IMG/VR virus record: IMGVR_UViG_3300047494_000112
Span: 1 to 64,000 of that record
Direction: 5' to 3' (one strand)
DNA length: 64,000 nucleotides
DNA from: a virus
In this document: piece after piece, positions 48,146 through 56,288 of the stretch
How positions within the stretch are numbered: position 1 is the stretch's first letter
How the letters are laid out: every line of letters begins with the position of its first letter
The notes under the pieces: generated by a model
Told to the model about the DNA's origin: nothing
Databases searched by the model: none
What the model saw: only the letters and a program-made list of their open reading frames with translations
Translations under genes and position numbers: made by a program

Positions 48146-48709
48146 TTATTTAACTCCTAATGCTTTTAGTCTTTGTTTTGCAGCAAGTCTAACTTCTTTA
48201 TCTTGATCTTTTAGTAAAGCTTTAGCATGGTTAGCATTTCCATGTGCAGCTACTGCATATCTTACATATTCCTCTGGATCCGAAACTAGCTTGTCTCTAT
48301 GGGAATCATTTCCATGCTGAGCTACTGCATATCTTACATCTGTATCTTTATCTTTTACTAGCTTATCTCTATGGGAATCATTTCCACGCTCAGCTACTGC
48401 ATATCTTACATCTGTATCTTTATCTTTTACTAGCTTATCTCTATGAGAGTCGTTTCCATGCTCAGCTACAGTCTGTCTTACATATCTATTTGGATCTTTT
48501 ACTAGCTTATCTCTGTGAGAAGGGTTTCCATGCTTAGCTACTGCTTCTCTTATAGACGAATCTTTATCTGAAATTAGCTTATCTCTGTGAGAATCGTTTC
48601 CATTCTCAGCTACTGCATATCTTACAGACGAATCTTTATCTTTAATTAGTTTATCTAAATGTTTAGGATGACCAATTTCAGCTAAAGCTTGGCGTTGGTT
48701 AGGTGTCAT
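48146..48709 (-). CDS. LRV/HEAT-like repeat protein, family copy (6 repeats)
   Basis: Canonical; contains two adjacent near-identical DKDTDVRYAVA units. Confidence 0.92.
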   Translation of the reverse strand: MTPNQRQALAEIGHPKHLDKLIKDKDSSVRYAVAENGNDSHRDKLISDKDSSIREAVAKHGNPSHRDKLVKDPNRYVRQTVAEHGNDSHRDKLVKDKDTDVRYAVAERGNDSHRDKLVKDKDTDVRYAVAQHGNDSHRDKLVSDPEEYVRYAVAAHGNANHAKALLKDQDKEVRLAAKQRLKALGVK

Positions 48710-49038
48710 TTAGTGTATCCTATCGAGTGCATGTGAATCTCATGACCACCATCTGTCTTTTTAATCTGAATTGATACATCACGTTTAGGTGAAACCCAAT
48801 GCGTTCTATTGCCAGGTACTAGTGGAGACATTTCTTGACGTAAAAATTTGTGCATAGGTAAAGGCATATCATCAGCCGCATGGCGCATTACAACCTTTGT
48901 GGTTTGGATTCTTTCTTTAGACTCAGGATCAGTGATCTTGCCCATTTTTGTCATAGACATTGTGTAGCCACAGCCTTTTTTGCCAAGGCAAACTTTGCTA
49001 GCTTTTAAAATTAAAGGGTGGGCAAGTGGCTCTGACAT
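48706..49038 (-). CDS. Hypothetical protein
   Basis: 110 aa, coupled on both sides to repeat genes. Confidence 0.65.
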   Translation of the reverse strand: MSEPLAHPLILKASKVCLGKKGCGYTMSMTKMGKITDPESKERIQTTKVVMRHAADDMPLPMHKFLRQEMSPLVPGNRTHWVSPKRDVSIQIKKTDGGHEIHMHSIGYTK

Positions 49039-49529
49039 TACTGTAATCCTAAATCTTTTAGTCTTTGTTTTGCACTAGACCTAACTTCGCTATCTTTATC
49101 GTTCAGTAAAGCTCTTGCATGGTTAGCATTTCCATTCTCAGCTACTGCCCATCTTACATATGCCTCTGGATCTGATACTAGCCTATCTCTATGAGAATCG
49201 TTTCCATTCTCAGCTATCTCACGTCTCACCTTCCAATTTGGATCTGATACTAGCCTATCTCTATGAGAATCGTTTCCATTCTCAGCTACTGCACGTCTTA
49301 CATCTCGATCTTTATCTGAAACTAGCTTGTCTCTATGGGAGTCATTTCCATTCCAAGCTACTGCACGTCTCACATGCCAATCTGGATCTGATACTAGCCT
49401 ATCTCTATGAGAGTCGTTTCCATTCCATGCTACTGCTGCTCTTACATCTACCTCTGGATCTGAAACTAGCTTATCTAAATGCTTAGGATGACCAATTTCA
49501 GCTAAAGCTTGGCGTTGGTTAGGTTTCAT
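49038..49529 (-). CDS. LRV/HEAT-like repeat protein, family copy (5 repeats)
   Basis: Canonical caps and repeats. Confidence 0.92.
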   Translation of the reverse strand: MKPNQRQALAEIGHPKHLDKLVSDPEVDVRAAVAWNGNDSHRDRLVSDPDWHVRRAVAWNGNDSHRDKLVSDKDRDVRRAVAENGNDSHRDRLVSDPNWKVRREIAENGNDSHRDRLVSDPEAYVRWAVAENGNANHARALLNDKDSEVRSSAKQRLKDLGLQ

Positions 49530-49760
49530 TTAATCTTCTTTAACAGGGATACAGGTTCTAGCTCCTAGATCAACCCACATGCTAAATTCCTTGCCCTGGA
49601 AAGAACCTTTAACGAGCTGCATAGGTTGTTTTGATGCTGACGAAAGAGGAGGTTTTTCTGTAGCAGCCACCAATGAACTAATAACCTCAACCTTTGCTTT
49701 AATTACTTTTTTGTCGGCTTCAGGATTACAAAACAATGGGTCAATTAATTCTCTAGTCAT
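49530..49760 (-). CDS. Hypothetical protein
   Basis: 76 aa between repeat genes; TAATG coupling. Confidence 0.6.
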   Translation of the reverse strand: MTRELIDPLFCNPEADKKVIKAKVEVISSLVAATEKPPLSSASKQPMQLVKGSFQGKEFSMWVDLGARTCIPVKED

Positions 49761-50179
49761 TACTGTGCTCCTAAATCTTTTAGTCTATTTTTTGCAATAG
49801 ACCTAACATATTTATCTTCATCTTTTAGTAAAGCTCTTGCATGGTTAGCGTTTCCATTCCAAGCTACTGCTTGTCTTACATCTGAATCTGAATCTGAAAT
49901 TAGCTTGTCTCTATGAGAGTCATTTCCATGCTGAGCTACTGTATATCTTACACCTACATGTGGATCTGAAATTAGTTTGTCTCTATGAGAATCGTTTCCA
50001 TGCTCAGCTACTGCATATCTTACACCTACATGTGGATCTGAAATTAGCTTGTCTCTATGGGAATCATTTCCATGCTGAGCTACTGTATATCTCACATGCC
50101 AATCTGGATCTGAAACTAGCTTATCTAAATGCTTAGGATGGCCAATTTTAGCTAAAGCTATGCGTTGGTTAGGTGTCAT
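49760..50179 (-). CDS. LRV/HEAT-like repeat protein, family copy (4 repeats)
   Basis: Canonical; two DPHVG units. Confidence 0.92.
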   Translation of the reverse strand: MTPNQRIALAKIGHPKHLDKLVSDPDWHVRYTVAQHGNDSHRDKLISDPHVGVRYAVAEHGNDSHRDKLISDPHVGVRYTVAQHGNDSHRDKLISDSDSDVRQAVAWNGNANHARALLKDEDKYVRSIAKNRLKDLGAQ

Positions 50180-50181
50180 TT

Positions 50182-50601
50182 TTATTTTTCTCTTAACTCT
50201 TTTAGTCTTTGTTTTGCAATAGACCTAACATCATCATCTTCATCTTTTAGTAAAGCTTTAGCATGGTTAGCGTTTCCATTCCATGCTACTGCTTCTCTTA
50301 CATTCTCATCTGGATCTTTAATTAGCTTGTCTCTATGAGAGTCGTTTCCATTCCTAGCTACTGCATGTCTTACATTCCAATCTGGATCTGAAATTAATTT
50401 ATCTCTATGGGAATCGTTTCCATTCCTAGCTACTGAACGTCTTACATATCTATTTGGATCTGATATTAGCTTATCTCTGTGAGAATCGTTTCCATTCTCA
50501 GCTACTGCTGCTCTTACATATTCCTCTGGATCTTTTACTAGCTTGTCTAAATGCTTAGGATGACCAATTAAAGCTAAAACTATGCGTTGGTTAGGTGTCA
50601 T
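50182..50601 (-). CDS. LRV/HEAT-like repeat protein, family copy (4 repeats)
   Basis: Canonical; TCATGA junction upstream. Confidence 0.92.
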   Translation of the reverse strand: MTPNQRIVLALIGHPKHLDKLVKDPEEYVRAAVAENGNDSHRDKLISDPNRYVRRSVARNGNDSHRDKLISDPDWNVRHAVARNGNDSHRDKLIKDPDENVREAVAWNGNANHAKALLKDEDDDVRSIAKQRLKELREK

Positions 50602-50942
50602 GACGTACCTTGCAATTTCTGTGCTGCATACTTTTTGACGGTGTCATTAGGATCTTTTGTTAGCATTGAAGCTAAATTACGATCAGCATTTTTAGCTACA
50701 GCAATACGAACAATAGCTTCAGGGTCATGCACAAGCATTGATACAAATTTAATTACTCCAGTCATGGCCACAGCTTTTCTAACCAAAGGATCTGGATCTT
50801 TAACATACTTTAAAAGAGCAGTAGGGTTACCTGACCGTATTTCGGTATACTTTTGATGGTGTACTTTACGCAAAGATGCACCAGATTTGTTGTCTGGTGC
50901 TTGTTGCTGTAGTGCAGGAATGTTTGCAAAATCAGAGCTCAT
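50598..50942 (-). CDS. Distantly related HEAT-like repeat protein
   Basis: YVKDPDPLVRKAVA, LVHDPEAIVRIAVA, LTKDPNDTVKKYA; lacks the family caps. Confidence 0.75.
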   Translation of the reverse strand: MSSDFANIPALQQQAPDNKSGASLRKVHHQKYTEIRSGNPTALLKYVKDPDPLVRKAVAMTGVIKFVSMLVHDPEAIVRIAVAKNADRNLASMLTKDPNDTVKKYAAQKLQGTS

Positions 50943-51574
50943 GACTCACCTAACTCTTTTAATCTATGTCTTGCAATAGGCCTAACATTATCATCTTTAT
51001 CGTTCAGTAAAGCTCTTGCATGGTTAGCGTTTCCATCCCAAGCTACTGCTGCTCTTACAAACTCACTTGGATCTGAGATTAGCTTGTCTCTATGAGAGTC
51101 GTTTCCATTCTCAGCTATCACACGTCTTACATTCGGATTTGGATCTGAAATTAATTTATCTCTATGGGAGTCGTTTCCATGCTCAGCTACTGCATATCTT
51201 ACATTCCATTTTGGATCTTTAATTAGCTTATTTCTATGGTAATCGTTTCCATGCTTAGCTACTACATATCTTACTCCTGCATTTGAATCTGATACTAGCT
51301 TATCCTTGTGAGAGTCATTTCCATGCTGAGCTACTGCTTCCCTTACATTCCAGTGTGTATCTGAAACTAGCTTATCTCTATGAGAATCGTTTCCATTTAT
51401 AGCTACTGCACGTCTTACATACCAATCTGGATCTGAAACTAGCTTATCCTTATGGGAATCGTTTCCACTTATAGCTACTGCATGTCTTATATACACATTT
51501 GGATCTGAAACTAGCTTGTCTAAATGTTTAGGATGACCAATTTTAGCTAGAGTTAAGCGTTGTTTAGTATTCAT
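50939..51574 (-). CDS. LRV/HEAT-like repeat protein, family copy (7 repeats)
   Basis: Canonical; C-cap AGGTGAG RBS and TCATGA overlap with the next gene. Confidence 0.92.
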   Translation of the reverse strand: MNTKQRLTLAKIGHPKHLDKLVSDPNVYIRHAVAISGNDSHKDKLVSDPDWYVRRAVAINGNDSHRDKLVSDTHWNVREAVAQHGNDSHKDKLVSDSNAGVRYVVAKHGNDYHRNKLIKDPKWNVRYAVAEHGNDSHRDKLISDPNPNVRRVIAENGNDSHRDKLISDPSEFVRAAVAWDGNANHARALLNDKDDNVRPIARHRLKELGES

Positions 51575-51576
51575 GA

Positions 51577-52059
51577 TTACATTAAATCAAGTGCATTCGG
51601 CACATTAGAGTTGTAGAACCTCATCACATATAGACCTAATACTGACGCTTGAGTATAGCGTTTTACAAAAATATAAAGACCAGTCAAATTAGGATTATAA
51701 TAAAGATAAGCATTCGTAGGAGTAGGTTTGAACCCAAGGTAATCAAGCTCTGTTTTAATTGACTGCAAAGCAGCTTGAAATTCATGAGGACTACGGTTGT
51801 TCTTTTGGAATTGATAATTGAAATACCTAGGTATTGTAATATTACCGTTACCAACCGTAACAGGTTTAAAATGTTTCTCAATTAAACGTTTTTGAATCTG
51901 GACAACGTACCAAAAGATTTCATCAAAAATTTCTTCTTTTGGCGGACGAACCCAATCTACAGGTGAGGTAGCCTTTTCTTCTTGAACAGGCTTGCGAGAT
52001 ACTCTTTGTCTGGTGGTTCTACGAATATTTTTTGAAGGGGTAGGGGTGTTTTCGTCCAT
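51577..52059 (-). CDS. Hypothetical protein downstream of the terminase
   Basis: The likely start is the ATG at 52059 (MDENTPT, TAGGA RBS), which removes the overlap with the terminase. Confidence 0.6.
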   Translation of the reverse strand: MDENTPTPSKNIRRTTRQRVSRKPVQEEKATSPVDWVRPPKEEIFDEIFWYVVQIQKRLIEKHFKPVTVGNGNITIPRYFNYQFQKNNRSPHEFQAALQSIKTELDYLGFKPTPTNAYLYYNPNLTGLYIFVKRYTQASVLGLYVMRFYNSNVPNALDLM

Positions 52060-52132
52060 TTGAATTAATCCTAGTGTAGTTGTGAATACACTATGAATTA
52101 TAAGATAATCTAAAGGTATTTGAAATTTCAAA

Positions 52133-54310
52133 TTAGCGACGAGGATAACCCATGCCTCCTCTACTACCCACAATCCCCAAATTTACAGCAGCGCTACTAC
52201 CTCTGCCACCAGCATAAGTGCCAACAGCTCCTAGTGCGGTTTTAATCTCACCTCCGCCAATTGTTTTTCCTGACAATAGATCTCGAAAATCTGGGTCAAT
52301 TAGATAAGAATACCCTAAGACCAAAGCTCTCAAAATATCATCAGTGGTGCCTTCCCCTTTGCTAACCACCTTGGCATTATCTTGAACGGTAATTAATTGA
52401 AATGCTAAATGGGAAATTGGTTTACCTGAAAACCCTTGAGGATAAGCTGAGTCACCTGCAGTCTCAATTTGTTTAGGTTCCAATTCGGGCTTAGGTATTG
52501 AAATTCGACCGTTAATTATATCCTCTTTTAGCGACATGAACTCAGGATATTTTACCGAATATTGTTCCGCTTCAATGTCACAGTGCTCAACTAGGTCGGT
52601 TAACAGTTTAGAACTCTGCCAGCGATCAGCTACGACCAATTGAACATTCATGCGCTCAATAATAGGTAACAGAACATCTTCATAAATAAAGGTAAAATTT
52701 AGTGGCTGTTGTGGCTTTGGTTGAATTTCCGCAATGCCATCAAACACTGGCATTTCTAATTCAGTATCCCAATAGCCAGTAACCAAAGCGAAGGAGTTAA
52801 ATTTTTCACCAGCATCCAGAGCTAGTATTCGTTTGTTTCTATCTGGAGGTAAACGAAACACTACCTTACCTGTAATCAAAGGTTTACCTGATTTGCTGGT
52901 ATCAGGAGTAGCATAAATTGTAAAAGCATTTTTGTGCTTTTTGTTAACAATTGCTCCTACTTGATCCAGATCTTCAATGTAAGGTAAAGCAGAGTTAGGC
53001 GGTACAGCCCCAAAGTCACGAAGAGCTTTGATAGGATCGTCTATAAAGTCTTGTTCCAAGTCCTTTCGAGTAATGTTGGGATTCATTTCCCAGGTAGCAT
53101 AATGCCAGCCTGAAATATACTTTGAGGTTTCACTACGCTCATACAGCTTTACAATCATGTCTTTTTTTGACAAAGGCGAGGAGATGCAGGCCATAAATGG
53201 CGGCAATAAAGAATTGTAGCCCTTTTTCAATAGCTTGTAGTAGGCAGGTCGAAGAGTTTGAAAGGAGTTACGCAAAGATTTATAAACTTCTTCACCATTC
53301 ATTTTAATCTTTTGTGAATTTTCTTCTACAGAGAATAAACCAATTTCGTCAATGCCTCCTTGAAATGCAGTTGTACCACGAATCTTATTTTTATCAGGGC
53401 CAACAGGGTAAGAGAACAATGACCTATGCCTATACCTAGCATAGGTATCTTTAACTGTGTATATCTCTTCACCATATTTTTGACCATAATGATCTAGTAT
53501 TTCATGTAGCGAGTTATAGAATGGTGCGGTTTTTAAATATCCTACAATAGGATCCCACAAAAGATCTTTAGCTTTTTGCCAAGTTAACGCGGTAAATTGC
53601 CCGTGGAGATCCGTTGATGGGAGTAATCCATACATTTTTTGAGGTGATGGAGATTTTAGAAATGCGTGCATGTGGTAAGCTGTTAGCATTCCGACTGTTT
53701 GGCTTTTTCCAGATCGCTGCCCAGCTAAGCCAGCTAATTCACAAGGAACTTTGATTAAACCTTCAGCATGAAACTCTGACTTTGTCTTCTTGCATTTGGG
53801 GCATATGCCAAACTTTAGTAGCTGTACGTTTTCTAGAAATTTCTCTGGTTTGTGTCTAACAGGCACGTTATCCAGATATCCTTCTTTTGAGCATACTGGA
53901 CACGCTTCGGCAAACATTTTTGTACCTATCTCCAATTGCTTCGCAAACGGATAAGGAGTAATGTTTAGGTATTTAGGTGAGGTTAGAAACGTGTAGAAAT
54001 TTGGAGCTTGGGGAATGTCTCGATCATCAATTTTGAGATCGCGTGGCAGAGGGGAAGTTTTTTCATATTGTAATACATCCTCTGCCAAATTTTCAAAGTC
54101 AAAGTCACCACCTTTATCTTTTTTAATTTGAATTACTAGGTTGGGCTTTGCTACTGGCTTGTTGGCTTTTTTCTTTTTGGAAGCTTTGGCTTCAGCTCGT
54201 TCAAATGATAGATATTTGCTACAAACGTAGCTAAATGATTTTTTCTTGTCTGCACATGCTAAATAGAGTGAGCATGTTAGGCAATTTTTCTGTGTAGTTC
54301 CTTTGGTCAA
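52133..54310 (-). CDS. terL: Terminase large subunit
   Basis: Walker A GQRSGKS, Walker B GIDEIG, coupling ISSP, RNaseH-like LALDAG and terminal TDDI; extra Cys clusters (CLTC, CPVC, CPKC). Confidence 0.9.
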   Translation of the reverse strand: MTKGTTQKNCLTCSLYLACADKKKSFSYVCSKYLSFERAEAKASKKKKANKPVAKPNLVIQIKKDKGGDFDFENLAEDVLQYEKTSPLPRDLKIDDRDIPQAPNFYTFLTSPKYLNITPYPFAKQLEIGTKMFAEACPVCSKEGYLDNVPVRHKPEKFLENVQLLKFGICPKCKKTKSEFHAEGLIKVPCELAGLAGQRSGKSQTVGMLTAYHMHAFLKSPSPQKMYGLLPSTDLHGQFTALTWQKAKDLLWDPIVGYLKTAPFYNSLHEILDHYGQKYGEEIYTVKDTYARYRHRSLFSYPVGPDKNKIRGTTAFQGGIDEIGLFSVEENSQKIKMNGEEVYKSLRNSFQTLRPAYYKLLKKGYNSLLPPFMACISSPLSKKDMIVKLYERSETSKYISGWHYATWEMNPNITRKDLEQDFIDDPIKALRDFGAVPPNSALPYIEDLDQVGAIVNKKHKNAFTIYATPDTSKSGKPLITGKVVFRLPPDRNKRILALDAGEKFNSFALVTGYWDTELEMPVFDGIAEIQPKPQQPLNFTFIYEDVLLPIIERMNVQLVVADRWQSSKLLTDLVEHCDIEAEQYSVKYPEFMSLKEDIINGRISIPKPELEPKQIETAGDSAYPQGFSGKPISHLAFQLITVQDNAKVVSKGEGTTDDILRALVLGYSYLIDPDFRDLLSGKTIGGGEIKTALGAVGTYAGGRGSSAAVNLGIVGSRGGMGYPRR

Positions 54311-54363
54311 AATTCATACTCGATACATAGCTAGCCTGTTGCTAGCCTCAGCTTAAATGCTGG

Positions 54364-54669
54364 TTAGTCTGGCAAAAATTTATTCAACTGGGTTTTTAAA
54401 GCGTCAGTAACCTCACCTGTCCAAATGTCCCGTTCTGTCATCACCCAAAGTAGTGTATTATCTGGTTCAACCTGAACATTTAGAATGGAGTCACTAAATA
54501 CACCGCGTTTAATCCAAATTATAGACAATTCACCTTCGTCGTTGCCTGTAATCATTGGCTTAAGATAATCAGTTAAGGTATTCAAAACCTCAGTTGCAAA
54601 GGCTGTCAGATTAGGTGAAACCTGCTCCATGCACTGATAACGGTATGTTAGCTCTTCAAGAGTTTTCAT
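54364..54669 (-). CDS. Hypothetical protein
   Basis: 101-aa ORF in a co-directional run. Confidence 0.6.
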   Translation of the reverse strand: MKTLEELTYRYQCMEQVSPNLTAFATEVLNTLTDYLKPMITGNDEGELSIIWIKRGVFSDSILNVQVEPDNTLLWVMTERDIWTGEVTDALKTQLNKFLPD

Positions 54670-54671
54670 AG

Positions 54672-54755
54672 TTAATCTTTAACCCCTGCAAAAAACAATA
54701 GAAAGAGAAAGACAATTAGAGCATAGATTGCAAAAAGGATAAGGAATGAGGACAT
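54672..54755 (-). CDS. 27-aa hydrophobic micropeptide
   Basis: MSSFLILFAIYALIVFLFLLFFAGVKD*; its ATG directly follows the upstream TAA. Confidence 0.55.
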   Translation of the reverse strand: MSSFLILFAIYALIVFLFLLFFAGVKD

Positions 54756-54827
54756 TTACATGTCCATTCCCAGAATACAGATTACAATTACAAACAACAG
54801 CCAAAATATTAGTAGCAAAGCGTGCAT
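54756..54827 (-). CDS. 23-aa hydrophobic micropeptide
   Basis: MHALLLIFWLLFVIVICILGMDM*; AAGGTG RBS. Confidence 0.55.
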   Translation of the reverse strand: MHALLLIFWLLFVIVICILGMDM

Positions 54828-54835
54828 TTTACACC

Positions 54836-54892
54836 TTAATCCCAAGCAGACGCAATTATTAACACAATAACAATCAAGATTATCAAAGACAT
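54836..54892 (-). CDS. 18-aa hydrophobic micropeptide
   Basis: MSLIILIVIVLIIASAWD*; AAGGA/AAGGT RBS. Confidence 0.5.
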   Translation of the reverse strand: MSLIILIVIVLIIASAWD

Positions 54893-54897
54893 TTACC

Positions 54898-55413
54898 TTA
54901 ATCCTTTAAAATGACGCCGTTTCCAATGAATCTCATGTAGTACGGTACAGATAATGAAAATGCTGGTTCAATTACATTTTGTACCTTGTAGCTGGTAATC
55001 AATGTCCACTCCATGCTAGGGGGAGCGTATTCTGGGTGTAGAGTTAAGCTATATGCTGGCTTACTGGTATTAGGTGAGGAACACAGAAAAGTGAACGCTT
55101 TACCTATTGTTGCTGCATAATCTCCTGGATTTAGTCTAAAAAACGGAATCCAGCCCTTTTTTGTCAAAACTCGTTGATTTTTTCTAGCTTTTACTGTTGT
55201 TCCATTAGCCAATGATATCTCAACCAGATTCTCCGGTTTAATTATCAAAAACAGCCTAGGAGTTGTTAGATACCCATTTTCCAAGAATATCTTCGGACCA
55301 ATGTAATCCGAGAAATTGTTTGTATCTGTGGGCTGTAGAGTAGCAATCTGGCCTATTGTTAGTGGACCAAACTCTGTGGGAATTGAGGTAGTACCCGAAA
55401 CTCCATGAATCAT
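54898..55413 (-). CDS. Free-standing HINT (intein-like) domain protein, catalytic residues substituted
   Basis: Block A-like GVSGTTSIPTEFGPLTIGQI; block B-like VKARKNQRVLTKKGW...LNPGD; blocks F/G-like ITSYK...AFSLSV...FIGNGVILKD*. Confidence 0.7.
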   Translation of the reverse strand: MIHGVSGTTSIPTEFGPLTIGQIATLQPTDTNNFSDYIGPKIFLENGYLTTPRLFLIIKPENLVEISLANGTTVKARKNQRVLTKKGWIPFFRLNPGDYAATIGKAFTFLCSSPNTSKPAYSLTLHPEYAPPSMEWTLITSYKVQNVIEPAFSLSVPYYMRFIGNGVILKD

Positions 55414-55571
55414 GTCATTTGTACCTAAAAATCTTAATCTAACGCAATTGCTGTACTTTTGTACGTTTGCGCTAAAATGGGTGTTTTATCGCAAGAATAA
55501 TCTATTCTTTTGCCTATTTTATACCGTTTTTCGCCGTATCTTGACCGCATTTTAAAACCTAACTAAATGCT

Positions 55572-55835
55572 CTACAAAGCATTTTTTGCTAATCTCAAGT
55601 CTTCAATATTAGGAGGTGCATTGCAGCCAATAGCTAATACCTCATTGGCCTCCTCCAATCTACCTGTACTTTTTAGATAAGTTGCAACAACTAGCCTAGG
55701 TAAATTGTAATCATCCGCTGAATTTGAAATTATACCAGCTCTTTGTAAGGCTAATAGCTGGAGTAGAGCTGCTGAAGCTTTATGCAAGCCTTTTTCATAT
55801 GCTACTGTTTGATTATACTGTGGGTTGTTGAACAT
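55572..55835 (-). CDS. Hypothetical protein
   Basis: 87-aa ORF in a co-directional run. Confidence 0.55.
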   Translation of the reverse strand: MFNNPQYNQTVAYEKGLHKASAALLQLLALQRAGIISNSADDYNLPRLVVATYLKSTGRLEEANEVLAIGCNAPPNIEDLRLAKNAL

Positions 55836-56052
55836 TTTGTTCCTTGTAGTTAATCTGGTTCAAGAGCTGTCCGAAGAGAGTTGCAGAGCAATCAGAGCAT
55901 ATAGGCTTGTAATTGCTAGGAGACGAACTGGCTGCATCTATTGTAATGTTAATCTCAGCTGTACACACTCTTCTACGTTGACAACGCCAACAGTCTTTTA
56001 TACCAAAATCTGATAATTTTGTGCTCATGTTTGACCTACTGTCTTGGCCCAC
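55813..56052 (-). CDS. Small Zn-finger protein
   Basis: CWRC...CSDC; start probably MSTKLS. Confidence 0.55.
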   Translation of the reverse strand: MGQDSRSNMSTKLSDFGIKDCWRCQRRRVCTAEINITIDAASSSPSNYKPICSDCSATLFGQLLNQINYKEQNVQQPTV

Positions 56053-56288
56053 TCAAGTGCTGCTTCAAAGGTGGCTGCACAGACTCTATAGAATCCAACA
56101 GGAGTATCAGGATACCACTGAATTTCCCAAACTTCTCCGGTAGCAATTGATTTAGCCAACTCTTCTTCACTAGGCCAACTATTTTGGTCATACACATCTA
56201 AATACTCTTGAACAGTCACGTACCTATTCAGGTGAGCATTATGCGTTACGCTCAATTCGCATTTGTGATCCGGCCACTCGATACTCAT
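56025..56288 (-). CDS. Hypothetical phage protein (WYPDTPVG motif)
   Basis: 87 aa; ATGA-coupled. Confidence 0.65.
   Translation of the reverse strand: MSIEWPDHKCELSVTHNAHLNRYVTVQEYLDVYDQNSWPSEEELAKSIATGEVWEIQWYPDTPVGFYRVCAATFEAALEWAKTVGQT

Larger units (their letters stand above)
8174..51574 (-). repeat. Dispersed multicopy gene family built from a 72-bp coding repeat (60 units in 11 near-identical genes, plus diverged copies)
   Basis: Recurrent DNA core GTAAGA...GCAGTAGCT...GGAAAYGAYTCYCAYAGAGAYAAGCTA. Protein lengths step by 24 aa (139/163/187/211). Confidence 0.95.

Noticed and set aside
8302-49486. Plus-strand L/Y/H-rich ORFs (8302, 10610, 12041, 48244, 49160)
   Set aside because: They are antisense shadows of the repeat genes, produced by the repeated codons, and have no RBS or independent signal.
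8174-51574. 72-bp constant/variable periodicity as a CRISPR or other RNA array
   Set aside because: The units are in-frame coding repeats with start and stop caps, constant parts vary at synonymous sites, variable parts recur rather than being unique spacers, and no cas genes are present.
8174-51574. Diversity-generating retroelement as the source of repeat variation
   Set aside because: No reverse transcriptase or template repeat is in the window, and variation is not adenine-restricted (for example CAT/TAT, TGG/GAG, C/T synonymous changes). An RT elsewhere in the genome cannot be excluded.
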